Shown here one piece after another: positions 13,065-25,901 of a DNA stretch of 64,000 nucleotides (the stretch's first letter is position 1; each line of letters begins with the position of its first letter). Source of the stretch: Chiloscyllium plagiosum (lineage: Eukaryota). The position numbers and the translations under genes are program-made. The stretch spans positions 1,223,212 through 1,287,211 of the forward strand of contig NC_057759.1 in assembly GCF_004010195.1 (NCBI RefSeq), given 5' to 3'. The notes beneath the pieces are model-generated. The model was not told where the DNA came from and searched no databases. It saw only the letters and a list, made by a program, of their open reading frames with translations.

Positions 13065-13815
13065 ACCAAGCAGACTTCCTCAGATGGCTAAGGGAATTCA
13101 GCATGTCCATAAAGACTCTATTCTGCCATTGAATAACTATAGTGCCAGTTTGGTTTTGTATGCAACAGCATCTGGTGGAGTGTGTAAATCTCATTCTCCT
13201 TACAGCATGAGTTGTATTTGTTTGGTCTGAGTGTTGGATAATCTTGATCAATATTCACTAACACTTTGTAAGCGAGGGATTAATGTTGGTTCAATGTTTA
13301 CTTTTGCCATGAATCTGAATGTTATAGATGCATCACAGAAAGCATCCTATTTGGAGGTGTCACAGCGTAGTATGGCTTCTGTTCTGCCCAAGACCACAAG
13401 AAACTACAAAGAGTTGTGATTCAGCCAAGCCCATCACTGAAAGCAGCCTTCCATCCAAAGGCTCAATTTCCACTTCCCCCTGTCTCGGGAAAGCAACGAA
13501 CAACATGAAAAACCCATCCGACCCCTGTTATACGCTCCTCCACCCAGTTCTGTCAGGTGGAAAATACAGAAGTTTGAATACACCATCGAACAGATTCAAG
13601 AACAGCTTCTCCGCTATTATTCGACTTTTGAACGGACCTCTAAATTTTGATGCTAATCTCTGTCTGCACATTCTCTGCAGCTTTAACACTGTATTCCGGA
13701 TTCTGTTCTAATTACCTTGATGAACTTTGAATGAGATGATCTCCCTGTAAGGTGCACAAAACAATACTTTTCAATTTATCTCAGGACATGTGATAACAAT
13801 GATCAAATTAAATGA
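13065..13815 (+). mobile_element. Rex1/Babar-type LINE 3' end, interrupted at 13119-13324
   Basis: FLRWLREFSMSIKTL before the insert; RCITESILFGGVTA*YGFCSAQDHKKLQRVV and SGGKYRSLNTPSNRFKNSF after it. Confidence 0.8.
13119..13324. repeat. Right arm of ~200-bp inverted duplication
   Basis: Reverse complement of 10507-10705. Confidence 0.95.
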
Positions 13816-15055
13816 ATAACTGCAGTCTTATGTTCATATAGCAGAATCTGAGGGATACAGGCTGATAACTACAGTCACACAAACTGATAGGAAAAGATGA
13901 ATAAATCCACTCAAAACACTGGAATTACAGAGCCTGACAGGGTAATATTGATAACTAAACTCTCACATTCACAAAGCAGGAGCTGATAGCAACAGATGAA
14001 AACTCAGCTCACACATTCACATAGCAGGGATAGATTGACAATTATGTATACATATTCACCAAGCAGAAACTGACAGCTACAGATTGATAACTATATTTTT
14101 GTATTCACACAGCAGAGTCTGAAAGGTACAGATTGAGTTACACTCACTTTGACAAAGAAGAAATTGACAGGTAGCGAATGATAACTGTACTCCCACATTC
14201 ACATCGCTGAAATTGACCACTACACTTTGATTAATACACCCATATTCACAGCAGAATCTGATGGGTACTGATCAATAACTGTATTCACATATTGACAGGA
14301 AATAAACTGACAGGGACAGATTGGTATTGACTCTCTCAAATTGATGTAGTAGAAACAGATTGACAATGACACTCTGGTGTCAAATAGCAAAACCTGACAG
14401 GTACTGTTTGATAATTGCATTCACACATTGGTATAGCTAAAGCAGACAAATAGAGATCAATATCTACATTCACATAGAAGAAACTGATGGGTACAATTTG
14501 ATGATTGCATTTAATATTCATACAGCAGAAACTGACGGGTAGATACTGATAATGACACTCGCGTTCTCATAGCTGAAACTGACAGGTTCAGGTTGATAAC
14601 TACACTCTCAGATACACAATAGAAACTGTTCAGGACAGATTGGTATGTAAACTCACATTCACAGGGCAAAAACTGACAGGTACATATTGATGACTAAACT
14701 CTCACATCCCCATCAGTGAAACACACAGGGACTGATCTTATTTATATAAAATGTATTTAACAACAGTCCCTGCAAATTTATTCTGTGTGGATATATGAGT
14801 TTAGTTCTCAATCTATACCTGTCAGTTTATGCTATGTGAATGTGTGAGTGTATTTATTAATCTGTCTCTGTCAGTCTCTGCAATGCCAAACTGTAAATAT
14901 TTTACCAGAGTGCAACAGGGACAGATTGATAAAACATTCACTCACACATTTGCACAGCTTATATTAACAGGGACAGTTTGACAGCTGTACTCCCACATTC
15001 ACCTCGCAGGAACTGACAGGTATGGATTGATAAGGAAACTCTCAGATCCAGAAAC
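13815..15055 (+). repeat. Degenerate ~48-bp satellite with an inverted stretch near 14785-14885
   Basis: About 20 recognisable AACTGACAGG...TTGATAAC monomers. Confidence 0.88.
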
Positions 15056-15322
15056 GCACTTGTATTGGGTAGCCCTATTGTGGAGCTGTTGAGGTGTTGG
15101 TTAGTATCTGGTTCTCAGTGAATTGGTATAGATATTTTTATTACAATCACCAGACAAAGAGCAGCTCAGGCCAAGAATAGAATCAGACCTGTAGTTCTGT
15201 TGGACTTGCCGGTTTGAAAGAAAAACAGCCTAATGATTATTAAATGAATGTTACATTCAAAGGTTTGATACTGTCAAACTTAATGTTGATTTACAGGAGA
15301 TGTCTCTTCTGTCTTCCTCCAG

Positions 15323-15398
15323 ACAAATACTTGAAGGACCAAGACACATTCCCTCGGGGCGAAGCAAAGTGTGATCAGTTCCTTCTAACAAACAGCAG
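15323..15398 (+). other. Repeated internal exon, copy 3 (76 nt, 6-nt deletion)
   Basis: Same splice sites; phase-1 frame open (DKYLKDQDTFPRGEAKCDQFLLTNSR). Confidence 0.7.
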
Positions 15399-15594
15399 GT
15401 ATGTTTCCGTTGTCAGACTAAAGAACGTCCTTTCCACAGTCACAGAGCAGTTTGAATTAGACTCACATTGAGCTCAATTTCCAGAAGGAACGTTTCAAAG
15501 AAAGAGTCAAATACCACCAAGGAATTACAATTTTTTATCTCTCTCTATTCTCCATGCACATCTCCCCATTTCCAATAAATGTTATTATTCACAG

Positions 15595-16505
15595 TCATAT
15601 AGTGATAGGTTTATACAGCACTGAAACAGACACTTCGGCTGGACTCATCCATGCCAACCAGATATCCTGAAGTAATCCAGTCTCATTTGCCAGCAAATGG
15701 TCCATATCCCTCTACACCCTTCCTGTTCTTGTATCCTTTTAAATGGTGTAATTGTACCAGTCTCCACCAATTTCTCTGGCAGCTCATTCTATACACACAC
15801 TACGTCACATAGAAAAAATTGCCCTCCAGATCCCTTTTAAATCTTCCCCTCTAACCTTAAGCCTATGTCCTCTTGCTCTGGACTCCCATACCCCAGGGAA
15901 TAAATGTTGTTCATTTATCCTATCCATAGCTCTCATGATTTTATAAACCTCTATTAGGTTCCCCCTCTGAAAACAGCCTTAAGCGTATTCAACCTCTCCC
16001 GATACCTCAAATACTCCAACCCTGGCAACATCCTTATATTTCTTTTCTGAACCCCTTCAAGTTTCACAATATCTTTCCTATAGGTAGGAGACCAGAATTG
16101 CATGCAATATTCCAACAGTGGCCTAACCAATGTCCTGTACAGCTGCAACATGATTTCTCAACTCCTATAATCAATTCACTGACCAATAAAGGAAAGCATA
16201 CCAAACGCCGCCTTCACTATCCTATCCACCTGCAACTCCACTTTCAAGGAGTTATGAACCTGCACTCCAAGGTCTCTTTGTTCAGCAACACTCCCTAGGA
16301 TCTTATCATTAAGTGTATAAGTCTTGCTAAGATTTGCTTTCCTAAAATGCAGTAACTCACGTTTATCTAAATTAAACTCCATCTGCCACTTTTCAGCCCA
16401 CTGGCCCATCTGATCAAGATCCTGTTGTAATTTGAGGTAATCTTCTTCGCTGTCCATTACACCTCCTATTTTGGTGTCATGTGCACACTTACTAACTATA
16501 CCTCT
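15595..16505 (-). mobile_element. CR1 3' part
   Basis: HDTKIGG...LQQDLDQMGQWAEKWQMEFN; LYRTLVRPLLEYCMQFWSP. Confidence 0.92.
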
Positions 16506-16509
16506 TGTC

Positions 16510-17060
16510 AGGTGGGTCAGTGGGCTGAGGAGTGGCAATTGTAGTTTAGTTTACATACATTTTGAGAAGGCAAACCAAGACACGAATTCCACGCTTAATG
16601 GTAGGGCACTGGGGAGTGTTGCTGAACGAAGAAACCTCAGTGTGCCGGTGAAGATTTCCTTGAATATACTTCAACAGGTTTATTTGGAAGCACTAGCTTT
16701 CAAAACATTATTCCTTCTTCAACCACCTGATGAAGGTACAGTGCTTCAAAAGCTAGTGTTTCCAAATAAACCTGTTGGACGAAGACCTGGTGTTGTGTCA
16801 TTTTTCACTTTGTCCACCCGAGTTCAACACTGGCACCTCCAAGTCCATGAAAGTAGTTGCACATCGGCAGGATGGTGAAAAAGACATTTGACATGCTTGC
16901 CTTTATTGTTCAGAATACTGAGTGTAGGAGTTGGGAGGTCATCTGGTGGCTGTGCTGGACATTGGTGAATCCAAGTTTTGGGAGATTGTGTACAATTTTC
17001 ACCAACCTGCTACAGGAAGGATGTTGTTAAATTTGAGGTGGTACAGTAAAGATTTACAAG
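16510..17060 (+). mobile_element. Degenerate CR1 carrying a Penelope terminal-repeat insertion (16672-16850)
   Basis: LNGRALGSVAE motif; insert has CTGATGA core and a long inverted repeat. Confidence 0.75.
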
Positions 17061-17064
17061 GACG

Positions 17065-18180
17065 TTATAGAGATATAGAGTTGTACAGCATAGAAACAGA
17101 CCCTTTGGCCCACCATGTCCATGATGTTCAACAAGCACCAAACTGTATTCGTCCCATTTACCTGCACTTGGCCCACAGCTGACTCTACCCTGGATTTTTA
17201 AAGGCACGTCCAGATGCTGCTTAAATGCTGTACAAATACCCAACCACCCTCTCAGGCAGAACGTTCCAAATTTTACCCATCCTCTGGGTCAAAATATTTT
17301 TTTCACATTTCCTCTAAGCTGTTTTCTCCTCAACTTCAACTTGTGCCCTCTGGACTTAGACACATCGGCCACGGAGAGAAAGATTCTCTCAACCTACTCT
17401 GCCTACATTTCTGGTAATCTGGTATTCTTCAGTCAGATCCTCCCTCAGCCTCCTCTGCTCCAAGGAAACAAAACTCAGCCTATCCAGTCTTGCCTCATAA
17501 CGGAGACTTTCCAACCCACTGCACCTTCTCCAGTATAATCACATCCTTCTGATAGGGTGGCAGCCTGACCTGCACACAGTATTCCATCTGTGGCCTAATC
17601 AATGTTCTATAAAGTTGCCGTAAGAGTGCCTTGCTTTTCAATTGTATAGCTCAGGTAATAAAGACCAGCATTGTGTATGCCTTCTTCAGCAGCCTGTCTG
17701 CCTGTGCTGTTTCCTTCTGGGATCTATAGACTTGTATACCAAGGTCCCTTTGTTCCTCAGTACTCCCTCGGGACTTACCCTTCACTTTGTAATTCTTTCC
17801 CTTGTTAGACCTCCTAAAATGCATTATCTCACACTTATCACAAATATCAGAGCCATTGTTCTGCCGTGGTACTCATACTGTAGTCTGAGACCATCCCCCT
17901 CACTGTCAGCAGTGCTGCCAATTTTCATGTCGAAGAAGAAAGAACAGTACAGCACAGTCACATGCCCTTTGTCCTCCAAGCCTGCACCAACACATTTTGC
18001 ACTTCCACACTAAAATCTCATCCAGAAACATAGTAATTGTACCTTCTACATTCACATCCAAGTCGTTAATGTACATAACAGCAAGTGTCCCAGCACTGAT
18101 CCCTGTGGGACACCGCTGGTCACAGGCTTCCAATCACAAATACAACCCATCACAATCACACTTTGTATCCTGTCTGCAAC
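17065..18180 (-). mobile_element. Degenerate CR1 fragments
   Basis: CR1 tail at 17065; VPQGSVLG-like sequence near 18085-18115; YINDLDV. Confidence 0.8.
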
Positions 18181-18184
18181 TAAT

Positions 18185-18335
18185 TTCATTGATTAGGTGT
18201 CTCCAAGGACAGGGTATACAAAGTAAGAGGGAGGAACATATTAATCACATTGTATGTGATTGTTCACAGAAAGTGTACAAAAGATACTTTTTTTATTGTA
18301 AAATCAGAGTGTGCCATGGATCTCTCCTCCCAGGC
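18185..18335 (+). mobile_element. Fragment related to the LTR-like element at 1260-2084
   Basis: Visible similarity to 1806-1952 (TCATTGATT.GGTGT...TTGTATG.GATTGTT...TCAGAGTGTG.CATG). Confidence 0.6.
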
Positions 18336-18354
18336 ACTTTTCCCATCAGTATAT

Positions 18355-18817
18355 TTCGTTGCCAGGACAAGAGGATTTGAGTTATGGGAAAAGGCCAAAT
18401 AGGCTGTTGTTTTTTTCCCCCTGGACTGTCTGAGGCTGAGGTATGACCTTATTGAGGTTAATAAAATCATGAGTGACATTGAGAGAGTGAATACGCAAGG
18501 TCTTTTTTCTAATGTTGGGGAGACCAAAAATAGTGGGCATAGGTTTAAGGTGAGAGGGAAAAGATTTAAAAAGCACTTGTGGGGTTACTTTATCATTGCA
18601 GAGGTTAGTGCTTGTAGGGAATGAGCTACCAGAGGAAGTGGAGGTGGTGGGTACAATTACAACCTTATGTAGGCACCTGGATCAGTACATGAATAGGAAG
18701 AGTTTAGAGGGAGACAGACCAAATGCTGGCAAATGGGACTTGGTCAGATTAGGATCTTTGGTCAGCACTAACAACTTTGACCAAAGGACCTGTTTCTGTG
18801 CTGTACAACTGTATGAC
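18355..18817 (+). mobile_element. CR1 3' end
   Basis: NELPEEVEVVGTITT...HLDQYMNRK. Confidence 0.88.
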
Positions 18818-18821
18818 ACTC

Positions 18822-19037
18822 TGGCTGGGAGACAGGTACAGCGGGCTGGGAGACGGTACACCGGGCTGGGAGAGAGGTACACCGGGCTGGGAGAGAGGTA
18901 CACCGGGCTGGGAGAGAGGTACACCAGGCTGGGAGAGAGGTACACCGGGCTGGGAGAGAGGTACACCGGGCTGGGAGAGAGGTACACCGGCTGGGAGACA
19001 GATATACCAGGTTGGGAGACAGGTACACCAGGCTGGT
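18822..19037 (+). repeat. 21-bp minisatellite (GGGCTGGGAGAGAGGTACACC), about 10 units
   Basis: Direct tandem repeats, homogeneous centre, degenerate edges. Confidence 0.97.
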
Positions 19038-19740
19038 AGATATCACTACTCCCAGTTAGATTCCGCACTATGAGAATTGCAAAAGTCCATTGCTTTTCCC
19101 ACCTTGACTTTTACGATCAGCACAGACTTGTTTCTGTGGCAATGTGTTACAGTTTTACTTGTTTGTGAATCCTACAGATACAAACAATTACAGAAAATAA
19201 GATCTTTCCCATTCACTTCAGGAAACATGAACTGAGAACTCTCTCCTGTCCCACTCTACTAACTGGCTGTCCACTTTACAGCAAACATTTAAACTGTTCA
19301 GTAACACAATGCAGGAAGACTGAAGTAGGGTCAAGTGAGTATGGGCATCCTCCCTGTGTCATAACTGTTCCTTTCAAAACTCTTTTTTTATATATAAAAC
19401 CTGTGTAAACACACAATGGAGAACAGTCTGAGTAGTCAACATTAAATTTTAGTTTCTAAGTTCTTTACGAGACAACGTGGCTCTACTCTGTGGCGGCCTG
19501 TCACATCTGAGCAGAGTTTTGAAGGACCAGTCCCATTGAATAGCACAGACTGACAGGTAGATAGTAATTCCCAAGTACACAAGCCGTACAAGTGAATGGA
19601 AGGGCAGAGCAAACAGTTACTGACTGTGCCAGTTATTGTCCTTATTCATGTAATGAAGGGTGTGAAGGAAACTGATTTCTGGACTCAACAAAGAATGATA
19701 TAGTACCAATGCACATTGGGTATAGAATAACTTGCAAAGC

Positions 19741-19835
19741 CATTCCTGATGAAGGGCTTTTGCCTGAAATGTCGATTTCGCTGCACTTTGGTTGCTGCCT
19801 GAACTGCTGTGCTCTTCCAGCACCACTGATCCAGA
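19741..19835 (+). mobile_element. Penelope terminal-repeat fragment with minimal hammerhead core (19746-19773)
   Basis: CTGATGA-a-gggc-tttt-gcct-GAAA-t-GTC. Confidence 0.78.
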
Positions 19836-20624
19836 AGCACATAAATCCTGTCAGGTTAGTTGGTCCACCGGCAAAAATAGAAAAATCATGCCCACAAGGA
19901 TCACATGGTTGGGAGAGCAAGCATTTCATTAATGAAGTTAAATAGGACAGAGTAAGAGTGAAATATGTCAATCCCAGTGTACAAATGAACTTCCAATTGA
20001 ATTTAAATGCAATGCGTCACATTGGTCAAAAAGTAAACTCCACTTGTTTATTCAGAAATACTGAACACCCTATTGCATGTTCACAATATATTCCAGTTAA
20101 ATGGGGAAAGAAGTAAATAAACATTTAGGTTAATTATTCCTCCAGTTATCTCACCATGGTTTAAACTTGCCGTCTGACTCTGACTGTATGTAATTCATGT
20201 ATCAATTCTGTTTGTCCAAACTGGAGTAATTAGATAGCAGACCAAGTGTCAGATTGAAACAGATATTGCAATTTAATTCATTTCCACAAAGTGAAAACAG
20301 AACACATCTCTTACAAAATGACTGAATAAATACTTTGTTCGTTTTCAAGTGGTCCAAAGGAAAATCAAATATTGACATGAAAAGGTACACATTCAGACAG
20401 ATTCCCAGAGGTTATTGGACACAGATGAAAAAGCTCTTATAAAGTGTTCTTGTTATAAACATGTGAACAATAAATTCAAAATGCACATTCAGAATATAAC
20501 TTACAATCATAAACCATACCATAGAATAAAAGTTGTGGAAATTGTCTAAACTGCTCTAGACTGTCAGAGACTGACAATGGTACTAAAAAGTCTCACTTTC
20601 ATTTACATAATTTCTCCAGTGCAG

Positions 20625-20940
20625 ATATAGGTCATTTGGCCCATCCCTCTACAACAACTCTCCAAAGCGGATCCCACCCAATGTAGACCCCACCCAATCC
20701 CCATAACTCCACGTTTACCATAGTTAACTCACTGACACTGCACATCCTTGAAGACTACGGGACAATTTACCACGGCTAATCCAGCAAACCTGTACATGTT
20801 TGGACCATGCAGAAAAACAAGAGCACCCAGAGGAAACCCATGGAGACACGGGCAGAACGTGCAAACTGCACAGAGATAATGAAGCATGGTTGGAATTAAA
20901 TCTGTTTCCCTGGTGCCACTGTGCCAACATGCCATCCTGA
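20625..20940 (-). mobile_element. Degenerate HE1-type SINE (paralog 28790-29120)
   Basis: Similar to 51340-51612. Confidence 0.7.
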
Positions 20941-21039
20941 GATGGATGGCAATCGATGAAATCTTATTCATGTTGAGCAACAGAGATTTGAAGTAAATAG
21001 AACTCCTGCAGTTTTGGCAAGTGTCATGTTAAATAGAGA

Positions 21040-22140
21040 CAAGTGTGTCAGTACACTCACTTATTCACAGAATACAAACTGACAGGTCCAGATACTTTCA
21101 GGTACAGATGCACTCATCCATTCATATGGTTGAAGCTGTCAGGGATAGACTGATGATTGCACAAACACATTCACATTGCAGAAACAGACTGGTACATTTT
21201 GATAATATACTCACACATTCCCAAAGAAAAATCTGACAGGTATATATTGATAACTACATTTTTACATTCACCTAGAACCGAATGAGGCAGATTGATAACT
21301 AACATCACATTGACATAGCAAAAGCTGACAGGTAGAGACTGATAATGACACTCATATTCACGTAGCAGAATCTGACATGGGTAGATAGATTATTGGACCG
21401 TCATCTTCACATCGTAGAAACTGACAGAGAGAGATAGATAACTAGACAGTCATATTCAAGTTGGAGAAACTGATGGACAGATCAATAACTACACTTCCAT
21501 ATTCACAGATCAGAAACTGACGGGTACAGATGGATAGGTGAAAGTGAGGACCGCAGATGCTGGAGATTAGAGTCAGGAGTGTGGTGCTGGAAAAGCACAG
21601 CAGGTCAGGAAGCATCCAAGGAGCAGAAGAATTGAGGTTTGGGCTAAAAGCCCTTCATCAGTACAGATGGATAACTAAACCATACATTGACATAGCAGAA
21701 ACTGACCGGGAACGATTGACAACCACACTCATGCATTCATGCCGCAGAAAGCAAAAGGTGCATTTCAATACAGACCCCCACATGTTTACTTGGCAGAAGA
21801 TGGCAGGTAGATATTGATAACAATGTTCAAATTTTAACAATGCAGAAACTGACATGGACAGATTGATAATTAAACAATCACATTCACAGAGCAAAAACTG
21901 TCATATTCACATAGCAGAAACCAACAGGTATGGGGTGATAACTTCACTCAAGTATGCATATACGAGAATCTTATTGGGAGAGAGTAATACCTCTACTCGT
22001 ATATTCAGTGAGTGGAAATCCACAGGTACAGGCAGATAACTTCACTCAAGAATGCACATTGCAGAAACTGACAGGGAGAGTGTGACAACTGTACTCACAT
22101 ATTCACGTGTCAGAATCTGCAAGTTGCAGATTGATATATA
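21040..22140 (+). repeat. Degenerate ~48-bp satellite
   Basis: Same monomer as 13815-15055. Confidence 0.88.
21537..21660 (-). mobile_element. Penelope terminal-repeat insertion with 13-bp target duplication
   Basis: GTACAGATGGATA at 21524-21536 and 21661-21673; also present in paralog 29747-29870. Confidence 0.85.
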
Positions 22141-22203
22141 GGCTCTCATTGTAAGTATAAAATGGTTGAGCATATTCTTACTGGAGATCCCACCCCTGCT
22201 ATT

Positions 22204-22295
22204 GGGGCAGCACAGTGGCTCAGTGGTTAGCACTGCTGCCTCACAGCAACAGGGTCCCAGGTTCGATTCCAGCCTTGGGTGACTCTCTGTGTGCA
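22204..22295 (+). mobile_element. HE1-type SINE head
   Basis: GGGGCAGCACAGTGGCTCAGTGGTTAGCA...GGTTCGATTCC (A and B boxes). Confidence 0.82.
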
Positions 22296-23304
22296 GAAGT
22301 TGATATTCATAGGGTATGGGAGTGGAGCATAGTGAGTCTTACCTGAGTCTGTCCAAAGTGGTATCTGGTACATTCAAACTTGTAGGTACTACATGAAACA
22401 CATTCTTATGTCAATGGATGACACCTACAGAGTAAAACAAATTACACTTCAGAAGGTTTGAGTTACAGTCCAGTAACATACTGACATGTAAAGATTGTGA
22501 AATAGGATTTACAAAAATGCTTTTCATCCCAGAAACAGACAGCGCAGATTGGTGTTGAGAGTGTGGTGCTGGAAAAGCACAGCAGGTCAGGCAGCATCCG
22601 AGGAGCAGGAGAATCAATGTATCGGGCATAAGAGCCCATCATCTCGACATTTCAGGCATAAGCCCTCTGATCCTCAGCATCTGCAGAACTCACCTTTCCT
22701 CGGGGCACAGATTGCAGGAATATTTCTAAGAGGCTGGCAAATAGTGTAACGTTTTACTGCTTAGATCAGTGCTTGATGGATACAGAATAGTGTATTGAAG
22801 TAACACTAATTGACTATTACACAAAGGAACAAAGTCTGAATGAACAGTTGTTGAGTTAATGCCAAATGTGTAAATAAGGACAAGACAGATACAAAGTTAA
22901 AGTGACACATATATAGCATTGTCACAGTTGCTTGTTAACAGGCATTCGCATAACACTGAGAAATGCTATAAATCCCTATATGAAGCTGCACGATACCTAA
23001 GCAGTTATTGATAGGTCTCTGGGCCCACAGTTATCAATCAAGTTCTCAGAAATATATTAATCCCACACTCAAGACGTGATTCAACTCTTGACTCAAGAAA
23101 AGTATGACATAGAAACTTCTTCTTTCCATTTCTCTTTAACTCTGTCCAATTGAGAATGAGTTGCCTCAACCCCAAGCGTAGAAAACACTCACGGTCAGGT
23201 TCCAGCGGATTGTGTAACTTGATGACGAATGTAACCACAATTTCAAATGGATGAGTTTTTTTTCACACAGTGATAAATTCTGTGTTAATTCAGAATTCAG
23301 AGGA

Positions 23305-23620
23305 ATTGACAGACAGAGCAGGGCAATGTCTTTGATCATCCAGCTCCGCCTCCAGCTCACTCCAGCCCCAACTGTATCTGGGACTGAACTTTTTCTCCCC
23401 AAAGCTGACAGTTCCTGAGTAGAGGAGCGCATGCGTGAGGCCCTCTCCCAGCGCTGCCATTGAGGAGCATTTACTCAGTGAGTGCCAGAGGTTTGTTTGA
23501 AACAGACCGCAATGGAGAGATCAGCGCCCAGGGAAGCTAGGGAACAGCAGGCTCCTTCCAGCAGCACATCGGGATGGGAGCCTGGGACACAGGGGGCTCC
23601 GAGATCGGGATTGATTCGGG
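23305..23620 (+). promoter_or_regulatory. Promoter plus first exon, copy 3 (ATG at 23512)
   Basis: GCGCATGCGT at 23427-23436; donor CGGG|GTGAGT at 23620/23621. Confidence 0.7.
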
Positions 23621-24068
23621 GTGAGTTCAGAGAATTCAGAGTTTCCCCCTGTTTGTTGAGATTGTGCAGTCAATATCGGAATCGCAGACCGACTGTAGGA
23701 ATGTGGTACTCCTGTTAAAGTGTGTCTTGGGAAAAAAAGATATAGCGCCGTTTTTTTCTCTCTCCAACAGGTAGTGTATTGGGAGTTGCATATTGAACTG
23801 TGTGAGCATTCCGGTGGTGAGTAGTCCCATTCACGGAGGTGTGCAGTTGTTGCTCAGTTTCTCCATCTCACTCAATTGGTATTGAAACATATGAAAAACA
23901 AACACAATCTCCAGGCAAAAGCAGCTCATGCAGCAATGGAATCCGATCCGTGGTTCTGTTTAAGTTGCTGGCTTATCCTAACGAATATGCAATGAATGTG
24001 ACATTGATCAATATTACCAGACTCTCCTCATGTTGGTTAACAGGGGGTGTCTCTCTATCTTCCTCCAG

Positions 24069-24150
24069 ACAAATACCTGAGGGACTAAGACACTGTGATA
24101 CTTCCTCGGTTCAAAGGGAAGTGTGACCAGCTGCCTCAAGCAAACAGCAG
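24069..24150 (+). other. Repeated 82-nt internal exon, copy 4 (type a)
   Basis: Same splice sites; nearly identical to 5776-5857. Confidence 0.7.
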
Positions 24151-24644
24151 GTATGTAGCCCATTGACATTTACACCAGTTTTGAAGATAGATAAACTGAA
24201 TCCTTATCCCAAATAGACACTCAGGAATAAGATTAAAATCTGAATTTAATAAGAACATTTTCTACAATGTAGATAAATAAATAGATCATACTGTTACATA
24301 ATTTCAACAACCATCCGTGAGGTAGCTGCTAAATACAGAGATAGAGGGAAACTGTGCTCATCAACAGTTTCTCTCTCTCTTTTCTCAGTGCACATCACCC
24401 CATTTCCAATGAGTGTTATTATTCACAACCATCGAGTCATAGAGATGTACAGCACAGAAACAGACCCTTCGGTCCATGCCGATCAGATATCCCAAACTAA
24501 TCTAGTCCCATTTGCCAGCAGATGGCCCATATCCCTCTAAACCCTACCTATTCACATACCCATTCAGGTGCCTTTTAAATATTGTAATTGTGCCAGCCTC
24601 CACCACTTATCCATGCTGCTCATGATTTTATGAACCTCGATAAA

Positions 24645-25395
24645 GGGTTGTGAAGAAGGCACGTGGAATGCTCTCCTTCATGGGCAGAGGGATAGAATTC
24701 AAAAGTAGGGATATAACAATGAAACCGTATAAGGCACTGGTGAGATTACAACTGGAGTATTGTGTGCAGTCAGGTCACCACATCACAGGAAGGACATCAT
24801 TGCTGTGGAGAGAGTGCAGAGGAGATTTACTGGAATGTTGCCAGTACTGGTGAATTGTAGCTATCGGGAGAGATTGGAGAGGTTGGGGTTATATTCTTTG
24901 GAACAGAGGTGCCATGATTAAGGAATATTAAATAGTGAATACTAAATAGTGAGCTACGAATGAAGGAGCAGAACTCCGAAAGCTCGTGCTTCCAAATATG
25001 CCTGTTAAATTATAACCTGGTGTGTGTGATTTTTCACAAAATAGTCAGAGGGAGAGATTAGAGTACACAGGAGGAACCTGTTTCCTTTGGCAGAGAGTTC
25101 AAACACCAGGGATCATTGATTCAAACGAAGTGGTGTCGGATTACAAGATATGTGAGGAAAATGTTTTTTATGCATAGAGTCGTGGGTATCTGGAATTCAT
25201 TGCCTGATTTGGTGGTGTAGGCAGAGACTCTAAACTCTTTTAAACAAAAATCCCTGGAACTGCCCCTCAAGTTCCATTAACTGCAAGGCTATGGGCTACG
25301 GCGAGAAGATGGGATGAGAAAGGGCCTCTGCGGGTCTTTGGATTGGCATGGACAAGATGGGCTGAATAGCTCCCTCTGTGCTGTATTATTTTTAT
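24645..25395 (+). mobile_element. CR1 3' part with Penelope fragment (about 24950-25037)
   Basis: YKALVRLQLEYCVQ; paralog of 37060-38010. Confidence 0.85.
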
Positions 25396-25819
25396 GAATT
25401 AGTAGTTATCCATTGGACCCTGCCAGACTTTGCAGAATGAATATGTAAATATATTGACCATATAATGAATGTTACAGTTTGATAACTACACTCACACATT
25501 CACCAAGCAGGAACTGACAGGTATAGATCAATAACTAAACTCACATATCCAAATACCCACTTGCATCAGGTAGGCCCCATTTATGGAGCTGTATGGGTGT
25601 TGTTTCATTTCTGGAACTCATTCCTTTGGGCTTAGAATTTTAAGAAAAATTGGACAAGGAACAGCTCAGGGCAGGAGTGGAATCAGACCCGTGGTTCTGT
25701 TTAAATTGCTGGCTTTAAATTTAAAAAAACCTGAATGATGAGGAACTGAATGTTACATTGATGTTGCCAATCACAATTGATGTTGATTTACAGGAGGTAT
25801 CCCTTCTGTCTTCCTCCAG

Positions 25820-25901
25820 GCAAGTACTCAAAGGACAAAGACAATGTAATATTCCCTCGGTACAGAGCCAAGTGGGACCAGCTGCTTTGAACAAACAGCA
25901 G
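25820..25901 (+). other. Repeated 82-nt internal exon, copy 5 (type b)
   Basis: Same splice sites; TGA where copy 6 has CGA. Confidence 0.7.

Larger units (their letters stand above)
20350..23293 (+). repeat. Segmental duplication block A
   Basis: Collinear with 28527-32698 including SINE, satellite and Penelope insertions. Confidence 0.93.

Noticed and set aside
13815..15055. CRISPR-like periodic repeats
   Set aside because: Eukaryotic context, no cas genes, no unique spacers; whole monomer is homologous, so a satellite
18596..19073. Repetitive ORFs (YTGLGER)n, (SPSPVYL)n
   Set aside because: By-products of the 21-bp minisatellite, open in several frames on both strands
21958..22005. ATATACGAG/CTCGTATAT inverted repeat
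   Set aside because: Inside the satellite and lost in paralog near 30165
22204..22280. tRNA-like sequence
   Set aside because: SINE head with A/B boxes that continues into SINE body; no full cloverleaf
25735..25750. Box C/D-like ATGATGA...CTGA before exon copy 5
   Set aside because: Boxes only 4 nt apart and not conserved in the other five paralogs; no snoRNA supported
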